Below are positions 24,149-32,960 of a stretch of 64,000 bases of DNA, one piece after another. Source of the DNA: a virus. The notes under the pieces were generated by a model that was given only the letters and a program-made list of their open reading frames with translations, was not told where the DNA came from and ran no database searches. Location: IMG/VR virus record IMGVR_UViG_3300011921_000005, positions 4,354 to 68,353 of that record. The stretch is one strand, 5' to 3'. A program made the translations under genes and the position numbers. Positions within the stretch are counted from its first letter, which is position 1. Each line of letters begins with the position of its first letter.

Positions 24149-24851
24149 GCTCTCTCCTCTCGGCTATCTCTACTGATGCCCAGTACAGGTTGTAGTAACC
24201 ATCATCCAGGGCAAAGCGCTTCATGTGCTTTACCAATGCTGATGTATTTGCATAGACTTGTATGCCTGCTGCTTTAACCTTGCGGAAGAAGGCAATGTCC
24301 TCACCAATAAACTGCTCACCGCTTTCATTGTTCTCAGCAAACACAAAGTCTGTCTCACCAAACTTGTCATGCAATGCCTTGATAACAGACTTATGCATTA
24401 AGACCAAACCTAAACCAGCGCTGTCAACCTTAATAACTTGATTGCGTGGCAATGGATGGTGATGTTTAATCTGATACTCATGTTCACCCTCATCAAAGAT
24501 AGCGGGCATAGGTTGCATGAGTGTGTTCTCCATCTGCTTAGAGATAAAGTACACACCACTTACAACTGGGCGAGCAATCTTGTCGGCGGTATCCCATAGT
24601 GTCTTGACAACTTCCTTTGTAAGTACGATGTCAGAGTCAACCCATAACGCCCAGTCAGTACCAACCTTGTTCCACATCTCAAAGGCAGCCTGTCGTTGGC
24701 GTGCAATCTGATTACCCTGCACACGAATAGCGTTGTGAAACGGAACCTCACCAGTGATGATGCTGTACACCAAGCCTTCTGTAAACTTGCCATCTGTGTT
24801 CCCATTGTCACACCAGATAACGGATAGTGTTTCCTTATTGCTGTGTGCCAT
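24114..24851 (-). CDS. GT-A (family 2-like) glycosyltransferase
   Basis: IARQR, WALWVDSDIV (DxD), AGLGLVLMH, GEDIAFF, ANTS...H.K motifs. Confidence 0.8.
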   Translation of the reverse strand: MAHSNKETLSVIWCDNGNTDGKFTEGLVYSIITGEVPFHNAIRVQGNQIARQRQAAFEMWNKVGTDWALWVDSDIVLTKEVVKTLWDTADKIARPVVSGVYFISKQMENTLMQPMPAIFDEGEHEYQIKHHHPLPRNQVIKVDSAGLGLVLMHKSVIKALHDKFGETDFVFAENNESGEQFIGEDIAFFRKVKAAGIQVYANTSALVKHMKRFALDDGYYNLYWASVEIAERREREQQSADSEQA

Positions 24852-25257
24852 CTTCAAACACCCTTTCTGATTCGTCTAGTATCTGCATTGCACCTTCGGC
24901 TAAGTCTTTCCAAGCATCACCCATAATCTTTAGGTTGATTCCGACTTGTTCGATGCACTCTTGGTCGTGTCCTTGGATGATGTGGTCAGCCATTTGGCTA
25001 ACATAATCAGCAAACTGGAGGCACTCCAACCATATTGCGGCAGGGTCGTAGATTTTTCTTGTCGCCTCGTCAATGTGTTCCATAAAGTTTGGAAGTTCAT
25101 TTAGGATTGTCTCCTTCATTTGAGGTGTCAACTTTGCTTTCATCACTGCTTCGGTCATCATCTCTGGAGTAAGTGACAGTTCCCGCATTAAGGAGTGTGT
25201 CATACTCATCTTGTGAAAGGTCTTTGAACCTACCCGTTTCTTTCTCCTGCCAAACAT
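24835..25257 (-). CDS. Hypothetical protein (start uncertain)
   Basis: Protein-like C-terminal 100 aa; ATG 25257 has SD GGAGG but overlaps 25097..25420 by 161 nt. Confidence 0.55.
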   Translation of the reverse strand: MFGRRKKRVGSKTFHKMSMTHSLMRELSLTPEMMTEAVMKAKLTPQMKETILNELPNFMEHIDEATRKIYDPAAIWLECLQFADYVSQMADHIIQGHDQECIEQVGINLKIMGDAWKDLAEGAMQILDESERVFEDGTQQ

Positions 25258-25420
25258 AACTCCTCCAACCCACTGTCCATGAAAAATTCTTAGGTACAAA
25301 CATTAACTGTGCCTTCATGTCAATGAACAACTTGTCGGTTGGCACGGATAACTCTTCTGTTGTTGACAAAGCACGCAGTTCTCCTGCGTTCTCCGCAATC
25401 TTTAATTCCCAATTACTCAT
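25097..25420 (-). CDS. Hypothetical protein
   Basis: MSNWELKIAE...; start overlaps the helicase stop. Confidence 0.6.
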   Translation of the reverse strand: MSNWELKIAENAGELRALSTTEELSVPTDKLFIDMKAQLMFVPKNFSWTVGWRSYVWQEKETGRFKDLSQDEYDTLLNAGTVTYSRDDDRSSDESKVDTSNEGDNPK

Positions 25421-26196
25421 TGCTGTATTAAGTCCAAAATCTGCATACTTGCAGGGTCGTAGGACAGCCACACAGGTGAAGCACCCATGGCATCGGCTGG
25501 TCCGTATCGGTTCTTAACTGCGCACACGCCCATTGATGCTAGTTGTCCGTGTACTGTGAGTATCAAGGAAGGAGTCTGCGCAATCTTGCCATGCAACGCA
25601 GAGCGTGGCGGGCAAGGATTACCTGGGACACCTTCACTTGTATGATGGCAAACAACAACAGCAGCGCCTGTATCTCTAGCCCACCACTTGAGTTCACGCA
25701 TGAGTGTGCGCAGTCCGCCGTACTCATCTTGTCCATCAAGGGTTACATCTACTGCGTTGTCAAGAACGATGAGTTCAACATCCCTACCAAGGCGCTCACG
25801 ACTTGCAAGGACTGCATCCTCTACATCTTTGAGTGTTGGTGCGGAGTCGAACTCCCATAGGATGTGGTCTGCAGCCTTGAGCATTTGCCCTGCCCACTCC
25901 CTATCCATCTCCATGAGAGGTTCGACTTCGTTCTGTGGTTTGCCAGTTAGCATTGCAAGCATACGCAAACTCATTGTGTGAGAGTGTGTATCTGCTGAAA
26001 TGTATAGCGTTGGGACACCAGCATGTACTGCAAGTGATAGAGCAAGTGTTGATTTACCTGCTCCTGGTGGACCCGCAATCATGCTGACTTCACCCCGCCG
26101 AATTGCTATCTGCTGCGCAGCAAGGGTTTGCCATACTGTTGGCAGCGTGGCTCCCCCTTGCGAGGCAGTCTTAATAGCACGGGATAGAAGGCGCAT
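25417..26196 (-). CDS. DnaB-like/RecA-fold replicative helicase
   Basis: GPPGAGKS Walker A, LIVLDN, VVCHHT, KNRYG; homologue 62254..63069. Confidence 0.88.
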   Translation of the reverse strand: MRLLSRAIKTASQGGATLPTVWQTLAAQQIAIRRGEVSMIAGPPGAGKSTLALSLAVHAGVPTLYISADTHSHTMSLRMLAMLTGKPQNEVEPLMEMDREWAGQMLKAADHILWEFDSAPTLKDVEDAVLASRERLGRDVELIVLDNAVDVTLDGQDEYGGLRTLMRELKWWARDTGAAVVVCHHTSEGVPGNPCPPRSALHGKIAQTPSLILTVHGQLASMGVCAVKNRYGPADAMGASPVWLSYDPASMQILDLIQQ

Positions 26197-26199
26197 GGA

Positions 26200-26622
26200 T
26201 TATGGCTGTGCCTTGTGGTTGCAAGCCTGACCTTGTGGCTGAGGGCATGCATAGAAAGCGCGGTATGGCTTGCCTGTTGACTTAGAGATACCTGCTGCAA
26301 CAAAGCGCATTGGTCCTGCACCGCATGCGCAGTTAGGGATTGTGCCTGGTGCTGCTGCTGGTGCCTGTGGTGCTGGGCGCTGTACTGCACCCTGATTCAC
26401 AACCTGTGCGCCTGGAAAAACTTCTTGGATTGTGTTAGTTGCACCTGCAGTACGAGCCATTGATTCAGCAGTTGTTTCCAAATCAATGAGTGCAGCAAGG
26501 CGTTGTGATACTTGGTCAAGAAGCAAATCAAGTTCTGCTCCATCGCTAGCGCGAAGGTTGATGAGCATGCCGTCTTTCTTTGTCTTGAAGTTAATCTGAA
26601 TTGGTGCGTTTTCGTTACTCAT
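26200..26622 (-). CDS. Conserved replication-module protein with C-terminal zinc finger (possible ssDNA-binding/annealing role)
   Basis: INLRA..AELD, Ala/Pro linker, C...M...G...KPY.AFYACP; homologue 61783..62253; function inferred from position. Confidence 0.55.
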   Translation of the reverse strand: MSNENAPIQINFKTKKDGMLINLRASDGAELDLLLDQVSQRLAALIDLETTAESMARTAGATNTIQEVFPGAQVVNQGAVQRPAPQAPAAAPGTIPNCACGAGPMRFVAAGISKSTGKPYRAFYACPQPQGQACNHKAQP

Positions 26623-27454
26623 TTGTTTCTCCTAGTTCAGGGTAGAGGTGGGAGTTCTTTCCTTTTACTGCATAGCATGCATGATTGACTGAACAAGTAC
26701 CGCACATAAACCCAGGTTGTGGGATGAAGATATTGTTATCAACTGCAATCTTGAAGCCCTTGACATGGGTAGCCAAGCGACCTTCTGTGTAGTGGTCCAA
26801 CTCTACAGGTTCAGTTAACTCCCCTGTACGAGCCATCCAGTATGCGCCCTTGACTGGGCGGATGCCCATTGTTTTCTCTGTCAAGATTGCGTAAGTACCC
26901 AACTGGGTGTAGGTAACTGGTGCTTTACTTGATGTCTTAATATCAACAACAATCAGTTCACCTTCGGGCGATACCATGAGGCGGTCAAGAAACCCCTTCA
27001 TGCTTACGCCACCAACTTCTGTATTAAGTTCTGTTTCTACAGCCTTGGCTCCGTCAGGTAGTTCGTAGATTGTGTATCCACTTGTCTCACGGAACTGAAC
27101 CCAGAAGTCAAGCATCTTAGGTCCATTGTCTAGCCACCAGCGAGCATCTTCCTTGTTTGGATATGCTGTGGTTTTCTTGCCACCAGCACGGAAGGGCATG
27201 CCATTGTCTGCCAGTTTGTAGTTCTCTGCCCAGCGCTGTTCAAAGACAGCACGAGAATCGAAGGCTGCTCCTGGCTCAAGGGCATCATAGATTTCTGTAC
27301 CCTCGTGCAAAGACTTGCCACCTACTAGCCAGTAGGATGGGTTCTCCTGTATCTTCTGGATACGGGTAAGGTAGAAGGACCAACCACAGTTAAGCCATGT
27401 TGACATGGCGCTGTGGGAGATATAGTTCTTCCCTGTCTTTTCTTCTAGTGTCAT
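26615..27454 (-). CDS. PD-(D/E)XK exonuclease, RecB/Cas4-like with Fe-S cysteines
   Basis: ISHSA...C, KGFLDRL...VDIKTS, QLGTYA, C-terminal CGTCSVNHAC. Confidence 0.85.
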   Translation of the reverse strand: MTLEEKTGKNYISHSAMSTWLNCGWSFYLTRIQKIQENPSYWLVGGKSLHEGTEIYDALEPGAAFDSRAVFEQRWAENYKLADNGMPFRAGGKKTTAYPNKEDARWWLDNGPKMLDFWVQFRETSGYTIYELPDGAKAVETELNTEVGGVSMKGFLDRLMVSPEGELIVVDIKTSSKAPVTYTQLGTYAILTEKTMGIRPVKGAYWMARTGELTEPVELDHYTEGRLATHVKGFKIAVDNNIFIPQPGFMCGTCSVNHACYAVKGKNSHLYPELGETNE

Positions 27455-27549
27455 ATAACTTCCTTTCAATAGAGGAGTTTACGCTACAAAGTCTCTTCTA
27501 TTGTTAGACACGCCGAGAAAAACTACAGGTATGTAATTCAATTTTCTAG

Positions 27550-27555
27550 TACACT
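27550..27555 (+). promoter_or_regulatory. -10 element of a probable leaderless transcript
   Basis: TACACT 7 nt before the GTG at 27563, with no SD. Confidence 0.5.
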
Positions 27556-27562
27556 CCTGTTC

Positions 27563-27784
27563 GTGCAGAACGGGTTAAGTATAGCCAGGCGTTGGCGTAA
27601 GCCAAAGCCAGCAAAGGCTAATTATAGGGGTGTCCCTACTCATGCTTGCCCATGCGGTGAAAAAGTTTTTATTATCCGTGCAACTTTTGATGACCATGAA
27701 ATCTCTTTGTATATGTTAGATGCAGAGTGCAGCGCTTGTGGCGCTCTGCTTACTGCTCCATGTTTGGCGGACCTTGATGCCTAA
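27563..27784 (+). CDS. Small zinc-finger protein
   Basis: CPCG...CSACG; 73 aa. Confidence 0.65.
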   Translation: MQNGLSIARRWRKPKPAKANYRGVPTHACPCGEKVFIIRATFDDHEISLYMLDAECSACGALLTAPCLADLDA

Positions 27785-27953
27785 GTATGACTTTCGTTGT
27801 ATCAGTTGTAATGTAATATCTGAAACGCTACTCGCCTTTGATGAAAGTCATGTCGCACCAAAGTGTACTTTGTGTGGTGGTGATACAATCCGTGTGTACT
27901 CTCCGCCAGCGATACAGTTTAAAGGCTCTGGCTTTTACAAGACAGGCGGATAG
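27777..27953 (+). CDS. FmdB-family zinc-ribbon protein
   Basis: MPKYDFRC..C...C..CG...RVYS...FKGSGFY signature. Confidence 0.88.
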   Translation: MPKYDFRCISCNVISETLLAFDESHVAPKCTLCGGDTIRVYSPPAIQFKGSGFYKTGG

Positions 27954-27990
27954 ATTTCTTAACTGTAGGGGAAGCGGTTAAGGAAAAACA

Positions 27991-28036
27991 AAAAAGCCCC
28001 CGCTAACTAGATTGCTCTAGCGCGGGGGTTTCTTTG
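27991..28036. terminator. Bidirectional intrinsic terminator
   Basis: AAAAAGCCCCCGC...GCGGGGGTTTCTTT between convergent genes. Confidence 0.85.
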
Positions 28037-28051
28037 TGTCTTAAAACTGTA

Positions 28052-28240
28052 TTACTTCTTCAAGCCAAACTCTTTTGCTGACTTGTCAAGGTACTTAGCA
28101 GCAGGTCCAACAAATCCAGCGATGAAGGCGTAAGCCAACACCTTTGGGTCATGCTCTCCTGCCATGTACAACGCTACTACTGCTGCACCTGCTGCACGAG
28201 CATAGGTAAGAGCGACTTGCTTGAGGGTATTGATGTCCAT
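28052..28240 (-). CDS. Holin (actinophage type)
   Basis: 62 aa, two hydrophobic helices, basic C-terminus, next to the lysin. Confidence 0.7.
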   Translation of the reverse strand: MDINTLKQVALTYARAAGAAVVALYMAGEHDPKVLAYAFIAGFVGPAAKYLDKSAKEFGLKK

Positions 28241-28249
28241 TGTTTCTCC

Positions 28250-28762
28250 TTATGACTTGAACACTGGCTTGCCGAAGCCAACCACTGTTACTGCCTGTGA
28301 CTTGCGTAGTTTGGAACCGTTCTTCTTCTTGAAGGCTCGTACCTTAAGACAGACTTGACCGCCGTTACGCTGGTTGCCTTTCTTATCTGGTGCTGTGTTG
28401 CCTTCAATACATGTGACTGTGCCATCGCCATTGTCTTTAACAACAATGCCAACATGGGAGATGCGGTCAACGCCATCGTTAGGGAAGTCAAAGAACACGA
28501 TGTCTCCTGGTAGTGGTGTAGCGGTATCGCTTGCCAACTCCCATTGACCTTTCTTTTCAAATGCCTTGGCACCTGCAACTGTTGATACGCAGTTAGGAAT
28601 CTTTAGTCCTACTTCGTTAGCACACCAGTTAACAAAGGAGCCACACCATGGCAAGAAGTTTGCCTTAGTAAAAGCACCGTACTTAGTTTCGTTATCCTTT
28701 GGACCTTCGATAACTCCGAGTTCACCCTTTGCTACTGCAATAAAGTCTGCTCTTTGTCCCAT
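28250..28762 (-). CDS. Endolysin, CHAP domain
   Basis: PWCGSFVNW (Cys), SHVGIV (His), IEGNT. Confidence 0.9.
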   Translation of the reverse strand: MGQRADFIAVAKGELGVIEGPKDNETKYGAFTKANFLPWCGSFVNWCANEVGLKIPNCVSTVAGAKAFEKKGQWELASDTATPLPGDIVFFDFPNDGVDRISHVGIVVKDNGDGTVTCIEGNTAPDKKGNQRNGGQVCLKVRAFKKKNGSKLRKSQAVTVVGFGKPVFKS

Positions 28763-29007
28763 TATTCTGCACTCGCTTTCTTGTCAACCTTTGCAAAGGC
28801 TGCATTGATTTCTTCCGATGTAAGACTTCCATCTGCTAGATAGAAACGAGCAAGTGCTTCAAGCACACGGGCTGCACCAAGTGCGCCTGCAAGTGTTGCT
28901 GCTTGCCATACTTCAATACCTACCAGTGAGCCAGCGCCGATAACGCCAAGAGATTCTGCTGCAATAACAGCAAAGATTCTCATCATTACATTTTTAAATG
29001 TATCCAT
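28762..29007 (-). CDS. Small membrane protein
   Basis: 81 aa, hydrophobic, in the lysis cluster. Confidence 0.65.
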   Translation of the reverse strand: MDTFKNVMMRIFAVIAAESLGVIGAGSLVGIEVWQAATLAGALGAARVLEALARFYLADGSLTSEEINAAFAKVDKKASAE

Positions 29008-29180
29008 TATTCATCATCCTTTGGGTTGCGTAGCGGATAGGTAATTGCCCAAGCAACAAGTGTGCCTGCAATGGCATAACCAACTACTGTTTTGGCTGAA
29101 CCATCAAGGACAACCCAGGCAATGAACATGCCTAGTAGAGTCCACAGTTGTTCAACCATATCTTTCATTATCTTTTTCAT
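29007..29180 (-). CDS. Small two-helix membrane protein (57 aa)
   Basis: Hand-translated MKKIMKDMVEQLWTLLGMFIAWVVLDGSAKTVVGYAIAGTLVAWAITYPLRNPKDDE; coupled to both neighbours. Confidence 0.7.
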   Translation of the reverse strand: MKKIMKDMVEQLWTLLGMFIAWVVLDGSAKTVVGYAIAGTLVAWAITYPLRNPKDDE

Positions 29181-30712
29181 AAGTTTCTCCTATAGGCTGC
29201 TGCTGCTCCTGCCATGCCCGCTGCATTAACTGCAGCCTGCCCAGCAATAACTGATGCGACAATAATCTTTTCTGCTTCTTCTCTTTCTTCTTCTGACATA
29301 TCGGCACCAATACTTGCCAATGCAAGCAGCGCTTGTCCTGGGTCAGTAAAGATTGCTTCAACTAATGCTGCTGGGTTTTCAAGTACAACAAGGGCTGCTG
29401 CTATCTCTGCTGTGATAACAACTTCATTGCCGTTTTCATCTTGACGAACTTCAACTGGGGTATCGGGTGGCAAATCTTCATAGGTAAGTCCTGCATCTTG
29501 AATAGCCTGTGCTGTAACTGGTTGACCCTGTGCTGCTTCAATGATTGCTTCTGCAACTACAGCCTTTTCTTCCTCGGTTGGGTTCTTGTCTGCTACCATG
29601 GGAGTATGAGATTCTTCAACAACATTATCAATAGGCTCAACAACTGGTGGAGCAACTTCTTCTGGAAGTTTAGGCTCAACAGGGGGAGGCGCAGGCGCTT
29701 CATCAACAGGCTCAGGAGCAGGCTCGGCGGGTGGTATCTCCGCCTCTGGTACTGGGTCTGGGATAGGTTCAGGTAATGGCTCTTCGGCAGGAGGTGCTTC
29801 CTCTACGGGAGGAGCAGGTTCTTCTACAGGTGGAGCAGGTTCCACTGGCACAGGCTCTGGCGCTGGCGCAGGAGGAACTGGCTCTGGCGCTGGAACGGGC
29901 GCAGGTTCAGGTGCAGGTGGCGCTGGCTGAGGCACAGGTGCAGGCTCTGGCTGTGGAGATGGCTGAGGTTGTGGCTCAGGTGCAGGAGTTGGTGCAGGCT
30001 GTGGAGCAGGCTCAGGTTCCACCGCAGGTGGAGTCGAAGGCACGCTTGGCACTGGTTCAGGGGAAGGAGTAGGTTGTGATGGGACAGGTTCTACAGGCGC
30101 TGTTGTTGTTTCTTGCGGGCTGGTTGCTGTCGCTGTATCACTACTCGCAGAAGGAGAAGGCTCTACTGTTGCAGTCGGAGTCTCGGGTGTTGGAGTTGAA
30201 GTTGCAGTTGAACCATCACTCTGACTTGGTTGCGGAGAAGGAGACTCAGTTGGAGCAGGCTCACTCGGCGCTGGAGAAGGCGATGCTTCGGCAGTCGGAC
30301 TTGGAGATGGCTCTGGACTTGGCTCACTCGAAGGCGATGGTGTCACAGAAGGCTCTGGAGTGGGACTTGCAGTAGGTGTTGGAGATTCTGCAGGGGCTGG
30401 TTCTGGGGCTGGTGTTGGTGTTGGTGTTGGTGCTAAGCCAGCATAGTAACCAATAGAACTATCAGGAAGGTCATCACTAACATAAGTGGTAAATCCTGGT
30501 GCATATCCGCCCTCACAAAACAATCGAGGGATGTACCCTCTGCCACTAAAGAAACTGTTGCTGTTGTCCCATCCGATTTGAAAAGACTGGGTGCTTCCAT
30601 CTTGCCTGGCACATACAACATTGGCGTTACCCTGTGCTGCATTTGCTGATGGAAAGAAAAACGATGTGCCAAATATAATAAAACAAACTGCAAGTAAACG
30701 GGGAAGTTTCAC
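29177..30712 (-). CDS. Exported Pro/Glu/Thr-rich membrane-anchored protein
   Basis: Signal-peptide-like N-terminus ending SANA, long (P/E/T/S/A) tract, C-terminal hydrophobic helix. Confidence 0.75.
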   Translation of the reverse strand: MKLPRLLAVCFIIFGTSFFFPSANAAQGNANVVCARQDGSTQSFQIGWDNSNSFFSGRGYIPRLFCEGGYAPGFTTYVSDDLPDSSIGYYAGLAPTPTPTPAPEPAPAESPTPTASPTPEPSVTPSPSSEPSPEPSPSPTAEASPSPAPSEPAPTESPSPQPSQSDGSTATSTPTPETPTATVEPSPSASSDTATATSPQETTTAPVEPVPSQPTPSPEPVPSVPSTPPAVEPEPAPQPAPTPAPEPQPQPSPQPEPAPVPQPAPPAPEPAPVPAPEPVPPAPAPEPVPVEPAPPVEEPAPPVEEAPPAEEPLPEPIPDPVPEAEIPPAEPAPEPVDEAPAPPPVEPKLPEEVAPPVVEPIDNVVEESHTPMVADKNPTEEEKAVVAEAIIEAAQGQPVTAQAIQDAGLTYEDLPPDTPVEVRQDENGNEVVITAEIAAALVVLENPAALVEAIFTDPGQALLALASIGADMSEEEREEAEKIIVASVIAGQAAVNAAGMAGAAAAYRRNL

Positions 30713-30725
30713 TTGAACCTTTCAG

Positions 30726-30926
30726 TTAGTTGTTGCGTTCACATAAGATTTCATAGATACGGTCAACGCGTTCCTCAAGTCTGTCAACGGAATCGCGGAG
30801 GCTTGACCCAGAGTTGGGTCTTAATTCAGAAAGATAATGTTTAACTAACCATCTCACTGCTGCTGTAAAAGCACCAACGATAGTAGCGATGGAAACTGCA
30901 AGGGCAGCCCAATCTGTAGGTGTCAC
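30726..30926 (-). CDS. Small membrane/coiled-coil protein
   Basis: N-terminal TM helix then GSSLRDSVDRLE. Confidence 0.7.
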   Translation of the reverse strand: MTPTDWAALAVSIATIVGAFTAAVRWLVKHYLSELRPNSGSSLRDSVDRLEERVDRIYEILCERNN

Positions 30927-30928
30927 CT

Positions 30929-32896
30929 TTACACCACCGTTCTGGCAACTATAGTTACAATTCCACCGTAACCTGAGAAGCCCGCCTGTGGTGGAGTTGT
31001 TCTTGTAAATGTAACTTGCTCTACTACTGCTTCGGTAGGTTCACCACCTGCAGTAAAGTCTTGGATGATAAGGGTTTCGCCTTGTGCTTCAAGTTGTTCA
31101 AGCGCTTGAAGTCTTGATAGCGCATAGCCATCAAAGCCAACTATCTGTCTGTTTCTATCTGTCTCTTTGTCAAAACAAAAAACAGGAATTTGTAGAACGC
31201 GAGCGCGGGTAGGAGTAGGCAAAGCCTTAACAGAATAACCAAGCATAGTGGCACCAAGTGCGGTATCTGTATCGTTGCGGTTAAGACGGAAAGTGAACTG
31301 GGCTTCGGCTTGAACATCGCTAAAGACTGATGCTAAGTCGTAGTCATAAATGGCTGTCGTTCCTTCTTGCACTGTTTGGAAGGCTTCATTGACACCATTG
31401 ACTGTCCTAAAAATATCAATGTCTCCCTGCAACTCGCCATCAAAACGAATCTTTAAACGCTTCCATGCTTTATTTTCAAATGTATCAAAGCGAATAATAC
31501 CTGTTGTTATTTCACCAGACTCAACAAGTTCTGTTTCATCTTCAATCCACAAGCCAGAGTCCTCTACGGTAAATGCTTTACGCCCATCTGGAAGGGTTGC
31601 AATAGCCCATACAGAACCACTTGTTCCATCAGCATAAACATCTTTTGCATAAGCATATCCACCAGTAGATAGTGGTGAGCCTAGATTAAAGCGTATCAAA
31701 CCAGAGTGTGTACCAATTTGTCCAGCAACGCCAGCCCATACAAATTCATTGCGGGCTGTAAAGGCATAAACATTGCCCTCAGTTTCAAATATAATTGGTC
31801 CGTAAGAAAGATTAGAGTTGTCATCAACAACAGCAACACGCACACCCTGGCTAGTGCCAACCATTACGAAGGTACCAAGGTAGCCATAGAGTGATGTCAG
31901 AATCTCACCTCGTGGGAGGATGAGGACTGTGGACATTGTGCTGAGTGTGCCAGCATTATCAACTGTAATCTTAAAGGCTAAGCCCTGGTCGCCTGAGTAA
32001 CCACCGACATAGATAGCACCGCTTGACTCTGTGACTGCAGTAAAGGTAAAGCCAATAGGTAAGGTAGTAGAACCGTTGACTGGGGTAAGAGTGCTGAGGT
32101 TGATACTAGAACCTGTGTTACGGTTTAACTCATAGACAAAAGTATTCTTTGCTGTGTCGGAGAAAGCAAGGATAAAGCGCTGCTTGACATAACCAATGTT
32201 TGCAGTAACAGCGTTGGCTGTGTTGATTGCATAGTCTTGGTGTAGAGCAGGAGATGCTGCATCAAATGAGTAACGCCATACTTTGGTAGGTGTAACCAAC
32301 ATCAAGTCGTTACCACCCATGGCTCCCCATAGAATAGTCTCAGTAATCTGGCTATTGTTAATGATTGTGGTTTCTGCACCATCAGATATGCGAATTCTTA
32401 AGACACGAATAGTCTCAGTAGATGCACCAGTTACCTTAATAAGGTAGTCAACTCCACCAATGGTTGTTGAGAATACGCCAGCACGGGAGGTTGAGCCTTC
32501 CTGTAGGGAAGTTGAACGAAGCAAATTTATTTGTCCAGGAGTCCATGGGTCAATGCCCACGCTATCTACATAGCGGAAACGAACTTCCTCTGGAGTACCA
32601 ACGATTGGCTCTTGGTAGGTACTGCCTGCTCCAAGGTGGAAAGATGACTGACTTCTAATCCAGTAACCAGAACCAGAGAGTGACTGCTCACCTGGGTCAC
32701 GCGAGTTATCAAAGCGCTGGGTACGAAACTCTGCAGTCTGGCGCTTGTAAGGTGTCTGGTCTGTAATGGCATAAACAAATGGCATGCCACCAATAGCCAC
32801 ATCAAACTTGTAGGTAGTTGGGTCATAGTATGCAGAGGCGCGACCTGAAAGGTCAATTATTACGCGCTCGGATATATCGGGTGGTCTGCTTGCCAT
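30929..32896 (-). CDS. Putative tail tubular/stabilisation protein (beta-rich)
   Basis: 655 aa beta-rich ORF at the end of the tail cluster; functional call from position and composition. Confidence 0.55.
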   Translation of the reverse strand: MASRPPDISERVIIDLSGRASAYYDPTTYKFDVAIGGMPFVYAITDQTPYKRQTAEFRTQRFDNSRDPGEQSLSGSGYWIRSQSSFHLGAGSTYQEPIVGTPEEVRFRYVDSVGIDPWTPGQINLLRSTSLQEGSTSRAGVFSTTIGGVDYLIKVTGASTETIRVLRIRISDGAETTIINNSQITETILWGAMGGNDLMLVTPTKVWRYSFDAASPALHQDYAINTANAVTANIGYVKQRFILAFSDTAKNTFVYELNRNTGSSINLSTLTPVNGSTTLPIGFTFTAVTESSGAIYVGGYSGDQGLAFKITVDNAGTLSTMSTVLILPRGEILTSLYGYLGTFVMVGTSQGVRVAVVDDNSNLSYGPIIFETEGNVYAFTARNEFVWAGVAGQIGTHSGLIRFNLGSPLSTGGYAYAKDVYADGTSGSVWAIATLPDGRKAFTVEDSGLWIEDETELVESGEITTGIIRFDTFENKAWKRLKIRFDGELQGDIDIFRTVNGVNEAFQTVQEGTTAIYDYDLASVFSDVQAEAQFTFRLNRNDTDTALGATMLGYSVKALPTPTRARVLQIPVFCFDKETDRNRQIVGFDGYALSRLQALEQLEAQGETLIIQDFTAGGEPTEAVVEQVTFTRTTPPQAGFSGYGGIVTIVARTVV

Positions 32897-32925
32897 GATT
32901 CTCCTTGTGTCTTAATAAATAATAA

Positions 32926-32954
32926 GTGAGCAGTTTAAACCCATGCTCAGGGAT
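32926..32954 (-). ncRNA. Candidate small H-type pseudoknot (copy 2)
   Basis: Minus strand ATCC-CTGAGCA-T-GGGT-TTAAAC-TGCTCAC. Confidence 0.45.
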
Positions 32955-32960
32955 AATCAT

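Noticed and set aside
26615-27454. Cas4-like nuclease as evidence of a CRISPR system
   Set aside because: No array or other cas genes; its position in the replication operon fits a recombination exonuclease.
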